Source: a bacterium
Lineage (GTDB): Bacteria > Desulfobacterota > DSWW01
Direction of reading: 5' to 3'
Assembly: GCA_040756235.1 (NCBI GenBank)
Contig: JBFLZG010000022.1
Location: 1 to 43,626, forward strand
Length of the DNA stretch: 43,626 bases
In this document: positions 8,969 to 19,208 of the stretch, one piece after another
Position numbering within the stretch: the stretch's first letter is position 1
Layout: every line of letters starts with the position of its first letter
Translations under genes and position numbers: made by a program
Notes under the pieces: model-generated
Databases searched by the model: none
Seen by the model: only the letters and a program-made list of their open reading frames with translations
What the model was told of the DNA's origin: nothing

Positions 8969-10831
8969 TCACATTTCGTCCTCCCGGCCGCCTCCGGCCG
9001 CCCCGTTCTCGCTCTGCTCCGCCCCTTCCGTCTGCTCGGTCCAGACCGGCAGGAACACGGTCACCGTCGTGCCCGCCGGCTCGGTGCTCTCAATCGACAT
9101 CGCGCCGTCCAGCGCCCTGACGAGGTGCTTTACGATGGCCAGCCCCAGGCCACTGCCCCGGACCTCCTCTCGGCTTGCACCCTCGCCACGATAGAACCTT
9201 TCGGTGACGCGGGGCAGCTCCCTCGCAGGTATTCCGATGCCGGTGTCGGAAACGCTCAGCGCCACCCGGACCGGCCATGCGTCCCCGCTGGGCTCGCGGA
9301 GCTCCGCCGAAATACGGATTTCTCCGGTACGCGTGTACTTGACCGCGTTGTCGAGCAGGTTCAGCAGGACCTCCATGACCCGGTCCGGGTCGCCGGCCAG
9401 CGGTGGGAGGCCCTCGCGAATCGAGACTTGCAGCGACAAGCCCTTGTCCCGGGCGCTTGGCCCGACCATCTCGACCGCCTTTTCGACCAGCCGGGCGACC
9501 GCGAGAGGCTGCCGCTCGATGGGGATGCGCCCCAGCTCGATGGAGGAGAGCCGGAGCAGGCCCTCCACGAGACGGACCAGGCGATCCGTATTCTCCCCGA
9601 TGATCGAGAGATAGCGGCCCGACTGCTCGCGGTCCTGGGTGCCTTCTTCGCGCAGCGTCTCCACGAAACCCTTGATGAGGGTGAGCGGCGTCCTCAGCTC
9701 GTGGCTCACATGGGCGATGAAATCCGCCCGGATCTTGTCGAGCCGCTTCTGCTCCGTCACGTCCCGCAGGATCAGCAGGCATCCGATGGCTCCGGCGCCG
9801 CCGGGCGCGGCCAGGGACACCGCCGCGGCCAAAAAGGTCCGGCTCGGTTCCTGGAGCAGCATCACCTCCCGGGGCTCTCGCTGGCCGCCCTCTTTCCTGG
9901 TTTCATCGATCAGCCGGTAGAGGTCCTCGCTCCGGATCACCTCGAGCAGGCGCTGCCCCAGCGAGGCGTTTCGGTCGACGTGAAAGATCGCGGCCGCAGC
10001 CGGGTTGATGAACAGGACGCGGTCCTCGTCATCGAGCAGCACGATCCCGTCCTGGATCGCCTGCAGGATGGTCCCGCGGCGCGTCCGCTCCAGCGCGAGG
10101 TCCTGCACATAGAGCGCCAGCTCCCCGGCGACCTCGTCCAGAGCTCTCTCCAGCTCCCCCAGCTCGTCTCCGGACCCCACGTAAAGTCTTCGGGAACGGT
10201 CCCCCCGCCGCACCGCCTCCAGGAAGCCCTTGAGCCGCACGATCCTGCGGCTCGTCGCACGGGAGAACAGGTAGAGCACCGGCAGGGCCAGCAGGAAGCC
10301 GCACAGGCTCCACAGCAGGATGCGGCATCGCAGCGTGGAAAGGCGGGCCTCTGTCTCCTTCAGGGGCAGGGCCAGGCGGAGGACCGCCGGGCGGCCGCCG
10401 ATCGGGAACGAAACGGCGCCATAGAGCATCGGCGCCCCCACGGTGTGGCTGAACCGCTGGCTCGTCCCCTGACCCGACCGGAGCGCCTCCTGGATCTCGG
10501 GTCGGTAAAGGTGGTTCTCCATGGAGCGGGCAGGCTCGTCCGAATCACCGAGGACCACCCCTTCGGCCGAAACGACCGTGAACCGGTACCCGGTCTGCTC
10601 TTTCAATGCGCGGCAGAGCTTGTCGAGGTCGGCGTCGCCCGCAAAGCCTTCCGGGTGCTCGGCGAAGAACGACACGCCGAAAAGGCGGGCCGAGCGGTAC
10701 AGCTCTTCCTGCATCCTGTCGAGAGACTGGGACCCGAGGTCGCGGCCGATGAGCAAGGAGGAAAGGGTCAGGGCGAGCAGGACGACGGACAAGTAGTAGA
10801 AGAGGAATCGGACCCAGAGGCGCTTCATCAT
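8969..10831 (-). CDS. phoR: Phosphate regulon sensor histidine kinase
   Basis: TM-periplasmic-TM-HAMP-PAS; H-box VSHELRTPL, N-box NLLDNAVKY, G-boxes; overlaps phoB stop. Confidence 0.93.
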   Translation of the reverse strand: MMKRLWVRFLFYYLSVVLLALTLSSLLIGRDLGSQSLDRMQEELYRSARLFGVSFFAEHPEGFAGDADLDKLCRALKEQTGYRFTVVSAEGVVLGDSDEPARSMENHLYRPEIQEALRSGQGTSQRFSHTVGAPMLYGAVSFPIGGRPAVLRLALPLKETEARLSTLRCRILLWSLCGFLLALPVLYLFSRATSRRIVRLKGFLEAVRRGDRSRRLYVGSGDELGELERALDEVAGELALYVQDLALERTRRGTILQAIQDGIVLLDDEDRVLFINPAAAAIFHVDRNASLGQRLLEVIRSEDLYRLIDETRKEGGQREPREVMLLQEPSRTFLAAAVSLAAPGGAGAIGCLLILRDVTEQKRLDKIRADFIAHVSHELRTPLTLIKGFVETLREEGTQDREQSGRYLSIIGENTDRLVRLVEGLLRLSSIELGRIPIERQPLAVARLVEKAVEMVGPSARDKGLSLQVSIREGLPPLAGDPDRVMEVLLNLLDNAVKYTRTGEIRISAELREPSGDAWPVRVALSVSDTGIGIPARELPRVTERFYRGEGASREEVRGSGLGLAIVKHLVRALDGAMSIESTEPAGTTVTVFLPVWTEQTEGAEQSENGAAGGGREDEM

Positions 10832-11532
10832 GACCCGGAATCCGGCTGGAACTTGTATCCGACGCCGCGCACCGTGAGGATCATCATGGGGTTTTTCGGG
10901 TCTTCCTCCAGCAGCGACCGGAGCCTCTGGATGTGGACGTCCACGGTCCGCGGCAGAACATAGGTTTCCAGCCCCCAGACCGAATCCAGCAGCTGGTCCC
11001 GGGTGAAAACGATCCCGGGGTGCTGGACGAAGTGCTTGAGGAGCCGGAACTCGGTCGCGCTCAAGCTCACCCGCGCACCTCCGACCCGGACCTCGTAGGT
11101 GGCGAAATCGACGGAGAAGCGCTGGTTCTCGAAAACCCTCATCTTGCCGGCCACCGGGCCTTCTTCCGCCCTCCTGAGGACGGCCCGAAGCCGCGCAACG
11201 AGCTCCCGGGGACTGAACGGCTTGGTGACGTAGTCGTCGGCGCCGAGCTCGAACCCCAGGAGCTTGTCGATCTCCTCACCCTTGGCCGTAAGGATCAGGA
11301 TCGGCACCAGGGCCGTCCTCTCACGCCGGCGCAGGAGCTTGCAGAGCTCCATGCCCTGCATGCCGGGCAGCATGAGGTCCAGGAGGATCGCGTCCGGCAC
11401 CTGCTGCTGGACCTGGGACAGGGCCGTCTCGGCGTCTGCGACGCCGATCGACTTGAAGCCTTCCTTGAGCAGGTGATGGCAGACCAGCTCCCGGATGTCC
11501 TTTTCGTCCTCGACGACCAGAACGGTTTTCAA
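10828..11532 (-). CDS. phoB: Phosphate regulon response regulator (OmpR/PhoB family)
   Basis: Receiver EDE/LLDLMLP/TKPF and wHTH RTVDVHIQRLR, TVRGVGY; within pst operon; TTG start. Confidence 0.93.
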   Translation of the reverse strand: MKTVLVVEDEKDIRELVCHHLLKEGFKSIGVADAETALSQVQQQVPDAILLDLMLPGMQGMELCKLLRRRERTALVPILILTAKGEEIDKLLGFELGADDYVTKPFSPRELVARLRAVLRRAEEGPVAGKMRVFENQRFSVDFATYEVRVGGARVSLSATEFRLLKHFVQHPGIVFTRDQLLDSVWGLETYVLPRTVDVHIQRLRSLLEEDPKNPMMILTVRGVGYKFQPDSGS

Positions 11533-11548
11533 CCTTTCCGTCCCCCCT

Positions 11549-12238
11549 TCATTTTACCCTGCCCAGCTTCCGGGCGTGCCGGATGTTTCTCCCCTCGACC
11601 ATGAACACGACCATTTCGCCGATGTTCGTCGCGTGATCTCCGAAACGCTCGAGGTACCGTCCCACCAGAATGAGTCTCGTGGCCACGCCGATGGTCCGGG
11701 GGTTCTCGATCATGAAACTGATCAGCTCACGGAAGACCTGCTCGTTGAGCTGATCCAGCAGGTCGTCGGAGTCGCACACCTCGAGCGCCAGCGGCACGTC
11801 TTCCCGGACGTAGGCGTCCAGGCTCCTGCGCAGCATCTGATGGGCATGGGCGGCCATTCTCGGGATGTCGATCAACGGCTTCAGCTGGGGCTCTTCGCAC
11901 AGCTCCAGGGTCCGCTCCGCGATGTTGACGGCAATGTCGCCCATCCGCTCCAGCTCGTGGGTGATGCTGATCCCGGTCGTGACCACGCGCAGGTCCTTGG
12001 CGACCGGCTGGTGCAGGGCGATCAGCCGGATGCACCGATCCTCCACCTCGATCTCGAGCTCGTCCACGTCTCGGTCCCGCGCGATGACGCTCTCGGCGAG
12101 GGAGGTGTTCCGCTCCTTCAAGGCCTCCACGGCCTGGTAGATGTTCTTCTCCACCATGCCGCCCAACCTGAGGATCGAGTCCTGCAGGATCTTGAGCTCC
12201 TGATGAAAATGGGACCCGAGCTTGGGCGTCTGGTCCAT
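11549..12238 (-). CDS. phoU: Phosphate signalling protein PhoU
   Basis: QPVAKDLR, ELERMGD, YLERFGDHATNIGE repeats; ATG 12238 after AGGAG. Confidence 0.95.
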   Translation of the reverse strand: MDQTPKLGSHFHQELKILQDSILRLGGMVEKNIYQAVEALKERNTSLAESVIARDRDVDELEIEVEDRCIRLIALHQPVAKDLRVVTTGISITHELERMGDIAVNIAERTLELCEEPQLKPLIDIPRMAAHAHQMLRRSLDAYVREDVPLALEVCDSDDLLDQLNEQVFRELISFMIENPRTIGVATRLILVGRYLERFGDHATNIGEMVVFMVEGRNIRHARKLGRVK

Positions 12239-12274
12239 GGCTTCTCTCCTGTCGTAAGTCACGCCGCAGAGCCC

Positions 12275-12304
12275 TGCAGGGGCGAAAGATTTTTCGCCCC
12301 TACA
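12275..12304. repeat. GTAG-type REP-like hairpin between pstB and phoU
   Basis: tgcaggggcgaaagatttttcgcccctaca. Confidence 0.7.
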
Positions 12305-12324
12305 AGTCATCTGGCAACAGCCTC

Positions 12325-13092
<768 letters not shown>

Positions 13093-13123
13093 AGCTCACG
13101 GCTCCTTCAGGATCGATTGTGCG

Positions 13124-14119
13124 TCAGAATCGGACTGTCCGTCGCATGCGGTATCGGATCACGATGGCCACAAGGTTCATTCCCAGGACCAGAGCGATCA
13201 GGACCAGGGCGGTCCCATACTGGAGGTGCCGGGTCTGCTCGATATCTGTGCCCGCGGTGGCCAGGACATAGATGTGGTAAGGCAAGGCCATGATCGCATC
13301 GAAGACCGAAGAGGGCAAGCGCGGAGAGTAGAACACGGCTGCCGTGAACATGATGGGGGCCGTCTCGCCGGCCACCCGGCTGATGCCCAGGATGGCGCCG
13401 GTGAGGATGCCGGGAAGGGCCGCCGGCAGGACCACGCGGCGGATGGTCTGCCACTGGGTGGCTCCCAGGGCCAGAGAGGCCTCGCGGTAGGTGGACGGCA
13501 CGGAGCGGATGGCTTCCTCGGACGCCCCGATGATCACGGGCAGGGAGAGAGCGCCCAGGGTGAGCGCCCCGGCGAGGAGGCTCACCCCGAGCTTCAGCTG
13601 GACCACGAAAAAGGCCAGCCCGAAGAGGCCGAAGACGACCGACGGCACGCCGGCCAGATTGTTGATCCCCAGGCGGATCACGCGCAGCACGCGCGGCGAT
13701 CGAGCATACTCATAAAGGTAGATGGCGGTGGCGACCCCGACGGGAAAGGCTGCGGCCATCGCGCCCAGGCTGAGGAGGATCGTGCCCACGATGCAGGGCA
13801 GTATGCCTCCCCGCGTCATGGCGTCGGTGGGCGGCTGGCTCAGGAAGGTCCAGTCGATCGCCCGCCAGCCCTTGGCGACCAGGAATCCGATCACCAGGAC
13901 CAGGGCCGCGCCGTTGATCGCCGCAGCCAGTCGGAAGAGCAGGAACATGGTGGACTGCACGGCCCTTCGGCCCATGAGCCGGGGCCGCCTGCCTGCCGTG
14001 GCCGCTCTCACGGGAAACCCTGCAGCCCTGGCTTCGGAGCTTGCGGACGGGTTCCCCTCCTCTCTCGCCCCACCCTTCTGCCCGCTTGCCTTCCGAGCCC
14101 AGCTGCCCCGAGCTGCCAT
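13124..14119 (-). CDS. pstA: Phosphate ABC transporter permease PstA
   Basis: LAGVPSVVFGLFG, EASLALGAT, GETAPI; ATG 14119 follows AGGAGG at the pstC stop. Confidence 0.93.
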   Translation of the reverse strand: MAARGSWARKASGQKGGAREEGNPSASSEARAAGFPVRAATAGRRPRLMGRRAVQSTMFLLFRLAAAINGAALVLVIGFLVAKGWRAIDWTFLSQPPTDAMTRGGILPCIVGTILLSLGAMAAAFPVGVATAIYLYEYARSPRVLRVIRLGINNLAGVPSVVFGLFGLAFFVVQLKLGVSLLAGALTLGALSLPVIIGASEEAIRSVPSTYREASLALGATQWQTIRRVVLPAALPGILTGAILGISRVAGETAPIMFTAAVFYSPRLPSSVFDAIMALPYHIYVLATAGTDIEQTRHLQYGTALVLIALVLGMNLVAIVIRYRMRRTVRF

Positions 14120-14131
14120 TCTCAACACCTC

Positions 14132-15022
14132 CTAGAGTGTTGCCGAGCCTGTCTCTCTGTACCTGTGCCCCAGGTAGTCGGCCAACAGGTTGAAGAGCAG
14201 GGTGAACAAGAACAGGACGATCCCGGTGGCGAACAGCGCATGGTAATGGGGGCTGTGAAAAGGCGCCTCAGCCATCTCCGCCGCTATGCTGGCGGGCATG
14301 GGCCTCACCGGATCGAAGATCGAGGAAGGAACGAGGGCAGCCCCGCCGGCCACCATGAGCACGACCATGGTCTCCCCCACGGCGCGGGAGATCCCGAGAA
14401 TGACCGCGGTCGTAATGCCCGAAAGAGCGGCCGGCAGGATGACCCGGGAAATGGTTTGCCAGTGCGTGGCGCCGAGGGCCAGGGAGGCCTCCCTGAGCTC
14501 CACACGTACGCTGTAGATGGCGTCTTCGGAGAGGCTGCAGATCGTCGGAATCGACATGAACCCCAGCATGAGGGCGGCGTTGAAGAGATTCAAACCCGTG
14601 GGCAGATCCAAAACGCCCTGAAGAAAGGGCGCCACGACCACCATCCCGAAAAAGCCGATCACGACCGAGGGCAGCGCCGCCAGGAGCTCCACGACGGGCT
14701 TGATGATTTCCCGCACTCCTGCAGAAGCGATCTCCGCCAGGTAGATCGCGGTCATGACTCCCAAGGGAACCGACAGCAAGGCCGCCAGGAGGGAGACCGC
14801 CAGTGAGGCCACGATCAGAGGGAAGACGCCGAAGTCCGGCGGATCGGCCGTCGGGTACCAGGCCCTGCCCAGCAGAAAGCCCTTGACCGAGACCAGCCGC
14901 AAGATCGGCAAGCCCTCGAGAAACAGGAACAGCACGATCAGAGCCAGGACCACGATGGAGGTCAGGGCGACGGCAAAGAAAAAGGAACGGATCGCCCGTT
15001 CCTTTCTGCGCGGGCTGCTCAC
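14132..15022 (-). CDS. pstC: Phosphate ABC transporter permease PstC
   Basis: ELLAALPSVVIG, EASLALGAT, SRAVGETM; GTG start. Confidence 0.95.
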   Translation of the reverse strand: MSSPRRKERAIRSFFFAVALTSIVVLALIVLFLFLEGLPILRLVSVKGFLLGRAWYPTADPPDFGVFPLIVASLAVSLLAALLSVPLGVMTAIYLAEIASAGVREIIKPVVELLAALPSVVIGFFGMVVVAPFLQGVLDLPTGLNLFNAALMLGFMSIPTICSLSEDAIYSVRVELREASLALGATHWQTISRVILPAALSGITTAVILGISRAVGETMVVLMVAGGAALVPSSIFDPVRPMPASIAAEMAEAPFHSPHYHALFATGIVLFLFTLLFNLLADYLGHRYRETGSATL

Positions 15023-15057
15023 GGGCGCTCTCCTGATATATTGCCCTTGTCCCTACC

Positions 15058-15882
15058 TCAGTGCAGCGGCACGAAGCCTGCCTCCTTCACGAGCTTCTGT
15101 CCCTTCTGGGGATGAAGCGTGTAATTGATGAAGTGCAGGGTCGCGCCGGCAGGCCAGCCGCGGGTGAACATGAACAGGGGCCGGCTGATCGGATAGGTGC
15201 CGCTGAGGGTGGTCGCCTCCGTGCCTTCCACCCCGTCCACGGACAAGGCCTTGACGCTCTCGTCCACGTACCCAATGCCCACGTAGCCGATGGCGTATTT
15301 GTTTTTGGAGACCGCCTGAACGATGGCACCGCTCGAGGCCTGCAGCAACGCTCCTGGAAACACCCTCTCCTTTTTCATGACCTTTTCTTCCCAGACCTCA
15401 TACGTGCCGGAGGACGTATCCCGTGAGATCACGACGATCTTCAAGTCGGGCCCCCCCACCGCATTCCAGTTGGTGATCTGCCCTTCGTAGATGGCCTTGA
15501 GCTGGGCCAGGGAGAGATTCTTGACCGGGCTGCTCGGATGCACGACCGGCACGATGCAGTCATAGGCCACGGCAAACGGCACGGGGTAGGCCCCTTTGTC
15601 GACCGCAAGCTTCACCTCCGAGTCCTTGATGAAGCGCGAGCTGTCGGCGATGGTCGTCATGCCGTCGATGAGCGCCTTGATGCCATTGCCCGAGCCTCCG
15701 CCGGAGACCGAGATCTTCACCTGGGGGTTATCCTTCATGTAGGCTTCGGCGAGCTTCTGCGCGATGGGAAGCACGGTCGTGGAGCCGTTGATGTCGATTC
15801 TCTCCTCGGCGAACACAGGCCAGGCAGTCATGGACCCAGCAAGAACCAAGAGCACGGCAGAAAGAAACGCTTTGATCCGCAT
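15058..15882 (-). CDS. pstS: Phosphate ABC transporter substrate-binding protein
   Basis: Signal peptide, GSTTV, GGGSGNG, SRDTSSGT, YPISRPL. Confidence 0.95.
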   Translation of the reverse strand: MRIKAFLSAVLLVLAGSMTAWPVFAEERIDINGSTTVLPIAQKLAEAYMKDNPQVKISVSGGGSGNGIKALIDGMTTIADSSRFIKDSEVKLAVDKGAYPVPFAVAYDCIVPVVHPSSPVKNLSLAQLKAIYEGQITNWNAVGGPDLKIVVISRDTSSGTYEVWEEKVMKKERVFPGALLQASSGAIVQAVSKNKYAIGYVGIGYVDESVKALSVDGVEGTEATTLSGTYPISRPLFMFTRGWPAGATLHFINYTLHPQKGQKLVKEAGFVPLH

Positions 15883-15927
15883 CCTACCACTCCTTCTTTT
15901 AATAGGTAACCCGCTTTCCGACCGACC

Positions 15928-17247
15928 CTAGAATTCGATTTGCAGAGCGACCTGGACCCTGTGGTCGTCATCGAGATTGCCGTCCGCCGCGGGCACAGCA
16001 GCAACCCCGGCGCTGTTCTTTTCGAACCAGATGTGCTCGTAGGCCAGGATGGCCATGCAGTGGTGGTAGAACTCCCAGCCCAGGCCGCCCAGGGCGATAT
16101 CATAGGCGTCGTCTCCGGACGTGACCCGGTCCTTCGTGTCCGGGTCGAAGTGGTCATAGCGGCCGAACAGACTGAACTGCTTGTCCATGATCGGAAGCTT
16201 GCCTTCCAGGAACAGCGAATACCCTTCCGTCCGCAGCGCCTGCCCCTGGGCATCGACGAAGCTGCCCCTCTGGTTGCCCTTGGTGCGCGCGTACTGGCCG
16301 GTACACGTGAGCCACTCGTTCTGGTAGCTGAGCATCCCGAGGTGCACGAGGTATTCAGGATAGTCCCCGTCCACGGCGGTGTTCCCCTGCCCGTAAAGTC
16401 CGAAGTAGGTCACCTGCAGCCCCGGGACCCAGTCGGGCAGGGGCCTCACGGTGAGGCGGTACTCGGGCACTTTGTTGCCGTTGTTCTCTTTCGCATGGTA
16501 GCCGGGGCCGTTGTACACGCCGACGTGCCAACTCCCGTAGCGGCCCGCGTAGTATTTGCTCACGCTCTCCTGGTACTCCTTGCCGAGCTGCCCGCCGAGG
16601 TTGCCCATCAGGCTCACTCCGAGGTCCGCGGAATTGAAGATCCCGGCCCGCTCGATGAACATGGTGCCCTGCACGCGGTACGGGTTGATGTGCTCCTCGA
16701 AATCCAGCCAGGGCATGTGCCCCATGCCGATCTCGGCATTCATGTCGGTCGCAAAGACCACATCCGGAGGCATGAGCTGCGCATAGAGGTACTTGAGCCG
16801 GAGCTTCCAGTCGCCGGTATCGTCCTGCGTGACGTCCGGAGTGACCCGGAAAGCCAGCCAGGGAGTGAGCTGCTTCTTGACGTTGATATAACCCCGGGTC
16901 AGGCGGAACCGGTTGTACTCGTCGCCATCCTTCTCGCTGCCCGCCGAGAAGTCGATGTAGCTCAAGGTGCCGATGGACAGACCCTGCAGGGCCTTCGGAA
17001 TCACCTCCTTCTTGAGGGAGTCGCGCCAGGTGGCTCTCTCCTGCTCGCCCTCCCTGCGGAGCTGCTCGACCTCCTCTTCCGTCAGGATGCCCTTTTCCCT
17101 GAGCTTCTCCAGGAGGCTGTCTTCACCGGGGGCCGGCTCTTCCGACGCGGCGTCGAGGGGGAACGCCAGCGTGAGCACCAAGCAGAGCAAGGCGAGGCTT
17201 CTTCCGATCGGGATTGCAGGGACGCCGCAAGAACGCTTGGACCTCAT
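15928..17247 (-). CDS. Putative outer-membrane porin, first gene of the pst operon
   Basis: Signal peptide, LLEKLREKGILT coiled segment, amphipathic beta strands, C-terminal Phe (QVALQIEF); ATG 17247 after AAAGGAGGT. Confidence 0.75.
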   Translation of the reverse strand: MRSKRSCGVPAIPIGRSLALLCLVLTLAFPLDAASEEPAPGEDSLLEKLREKGILTEEEVEQLRREGEQERATWRDSLKKEVIPKALQGLSIGTLSYIDFSAGSEKDGDEYNRFRLTRGYINVKKQLTPWLAFRVTPDVTQDDTGDWKLRLKYLYAQLMPPDVVFATDMNAEIGMGHMPWLDFEEHINPYRVQGTMFIERAGIFNSADLGVSLMGNLGGQLGKEYQESVSKYYAGRYGSWHVGVYNGPGYHAKENNGNKVPEYRLTVRPLPDWVPGLQVTYFGLYGQGNTAVDGDYPEYLVHLGMLSYQNEWLTCTGQYARTKGNQRGSFVDAQGQALRTEGYSLFLEGKLPIMDKQFSLFGRYDHFDPDTKDRVTSGDDAYDIALGGLGWEFYHHCMAILAYEHIWFEKNSAGVAAVPAADGNLDDDHRVQVALQIEF

Positions 17248-17352
17248 GACCGCCACCTCCTTTCGGGGCTCACGGCGGCAAGACTCGGAAACCGTTTCCG
17301 TGTGTGAGCGCATGCACCTCTGCGCCATGGGCCCCCCTTTGGTTTTGCCACG

Positions 17353-17408
17353 AGCTTACCAAGGCCGTGTGACAGTTTCGTTAAGCCCTGCTGACGACTT
17401 GGTTAAAG
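17353..17408 (-). promoter_or_regulatory. PhoB-dependent promoter: four tandem Pho-box units plus -10
   Basis: Minus strand CTTTAAC-caag-TCGTCAG-cagg-GCTTAAC-gaaa-CTGTCAC (11-bp period), then 10 bp, then TAAGCT. Confidence 0.8.
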
Positions 17409-17530
17409 ATTGGGCGCTGCCCCGGCGGGATTTTCCTCAGCCCTGCCGTTTGGCCCTTGTGAAATGAAAGCAATCTGCTATCCTGTGAATCCGTAAGAGT
17501 CCGATTTTTTCCGGGAGTGCAGAGCGACCG

Positions 17531-18937
17531 ATGAAAGGCATCCTCATCGCTTCCAGCCAGCAGACGGCCTGCGACGCCATCCGCAAATGCTTCGGCTCCA
17601 AGTACAAGGTCGACGTCGTATCCGACCGGGAGGCCTGCCTCGAGAGGTTCCGGAAGAAACGGTACGAGTTTCTCTTCATCGAGCTGGAAATCCTCCGGGC
17701 ATCCAAGAACGGCAACGAGCACACGGACTACAAGGCGCTCCTGCAGCCCTTCTGGCAATCTTACCCCACCGCCGAGATCATCGTCCTGTCCCCGCAGGAA
17801 ATGATCCGCGAGGCGGTCAACGCCGTGAAGGCCGGGGCCGGCAACTACCTGACGTACCCGATCAACCCGGACGAGGTGAAATACGTCACGGAGAGCATGT
17901 TCGAATCCATTCGCATGCAATCCGAGCTGGATTACCTGCGCGACCGGTTCTGGCAGAGCGACTCTCTCGAGACGGTGCGGACGAACAGCCCGATCATGAC
18001 CCGGGTCTTCGACAAGGTGCGCTCCGTCGCCCCGACCCGGAGCACGGTGCTGATCACCGGCGAGACCGGCACCGGCAAGGGGGTGCTGGCGAGGCTGATC
18101 CATCGCCACAGCAACCGGGCGGACAACCAGTTCATCAGTGTTCACTGCGGCTCGATCCCGGACACCCTGCTCGAGAGCGAGCTGTTCGGCCACGAGAAGG
18201 GCGCTTTCACCGGAGCGGTACGCCGGAAGCTCGGCAAGTTCGAGATCGCCCAGGGCGGAACAATCTTTCTGGACGAAATCGGCACGATCACGCCTTCGAT
18301 GCAGATCAAGCTGCTGCAGGTCCTGCAGGAGAAGACGTTTCAGCGGGTGGGCGGAGAGGAGATCATCGAGTCGGACGTGCGCACCATCGCCGCCACCAAC
18401 GTCGATCTCAAGAAGATGTGCGAGGAGGGGACCTTCCGGACCGACCTGTACTACCGCTTGAACGTCTTTCCGGTCGAGCTGCCGCCCCTGCGGGAACGGA
18501 TGGAAGACCTGCCGCTCCTCGTGGAAAGCTTCCTGAAGCGTCTGAACAAGATGCACGGTAAGGACATCGTCGACGTTCATCCGCGGGTGATGGAAGCCTT
18601 CACGCGGTACTCCTGGCCGGGCAACATCCGGGAGCTCGAGAACCTGATCGAACGAGCCTACATCCTGGAGGGTTCGTCGTTGCTGATGCCGGAGAGCTTC
18701 CCCAGCGAGCTCTTCACCTCGGAAGCGTCCCGCTCCCGCATCCCTCTCGACACGTCCCTCACCCTGTCCGAAGTCCGCCGCAAGGGCGTCGAGAACATCG
18801 AGCGACAGTACCTGGAAGCGCTCCTGACGCTGTTCCGCGGCCGGATCAATCAGACGGCGGACGCCGCCGGGGTGACCTCCCGCCAGCTCCACAATCTCAT
18901 GACCAAGCATGGCATCCGAAAAGAAGTCTTCCGATAG
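17531..18937 (+). CDS. Sigma54-dependent enhancer-binding protein with degenerate receiver domain
   Basis: Walker A GETGTGK, ESELFGHEKGAFTGA, Walker B IFLDEI, FRTDLYYRL, WPGNIREL, Fis-type HTH. Confidence 0.93.
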   Translation: MKGILIASSQQTACDAIRKCFGSKYKVDVVSDREACLERFRKKRYEFLFIELEILRASKNGNEHTDYKALLQPFWQSYPTAEIIVLSPQEMIREAVNAVKAGAGNYLTYPINPDEVKYVTESMFESIRMQSELDYLRDRFWQSDSLETVRTNSPIMTRVFDKVRSVAPTRSTVLITGETGTGKGVLARLIHRHSNRADNQFISVHCGSIPDTLLESELFGHEKGAFTGAVRRKLGKFEIAQGGTIFLDEIGTITPSMQIKLLQVLQEKTFQRVGGEEIIESDVRTIAATNVDLKKMCEEGTFRTDLYYRLNVFPVELPPLRERMEDLPLLVESFLKRLNKMHGKDIVDVHPRVMEAFTRYSWPGNIRELENLIERAYILEGSSLLMPESFPSELFTSEASRSRIPLDTSLTLSEVRRKGVENIERQYLEALLTLFRGRINQTADAAGVTSRQLHNLMTKHGIRKEVFR

Positions 18938-18954
18938 AACCGGGCCCGCAGGAT

Positions 18955-19085
18955 CGGAACCGCAACTTCCTCTATTTTGAAAAGCGGAATTTTCAATTCC
19001 TTTTTGCGCTTGCGGCCCGCTGTTTGCTGATTCTGTTCAGCGCGGCCCTGCAGCCAGCCCCACAAAAACGGAAATCCAAATTCCT
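18955..19085. promoter_or_regulatory. Three CGGAA-N7-TTCCT palindromic sites, candidate upstream activator sequences
   Basis: GGAA-N7-TTCC cores at 18956-18970, 18986-19000 and 19070-19084. Confidence 0.7.
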
Positions 19086-19136
19086 ATACGTGCCTGAGCT
19101 ATAAGGAAAATGCATCTGTTTTCCGATGTTAGAATC

Positions 19137-19152
19137 TGGCACAAGAATTGCT
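19137..19152 (+). promoter_or_regulatory. Sigma54 (-24/-12) promoter
   Basis: TGGCACAAGAATTGCT matches TGGCAC-N5-TTGCW with exact GG-N10-GC spacing. Confidence 0.9.
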
Positions 19153-19208
19153 GGGATCAGTTTGCATTTCCAGGCCGGCCCGGTGACCCACAGCCGGCGG
19201 AGACCCCT

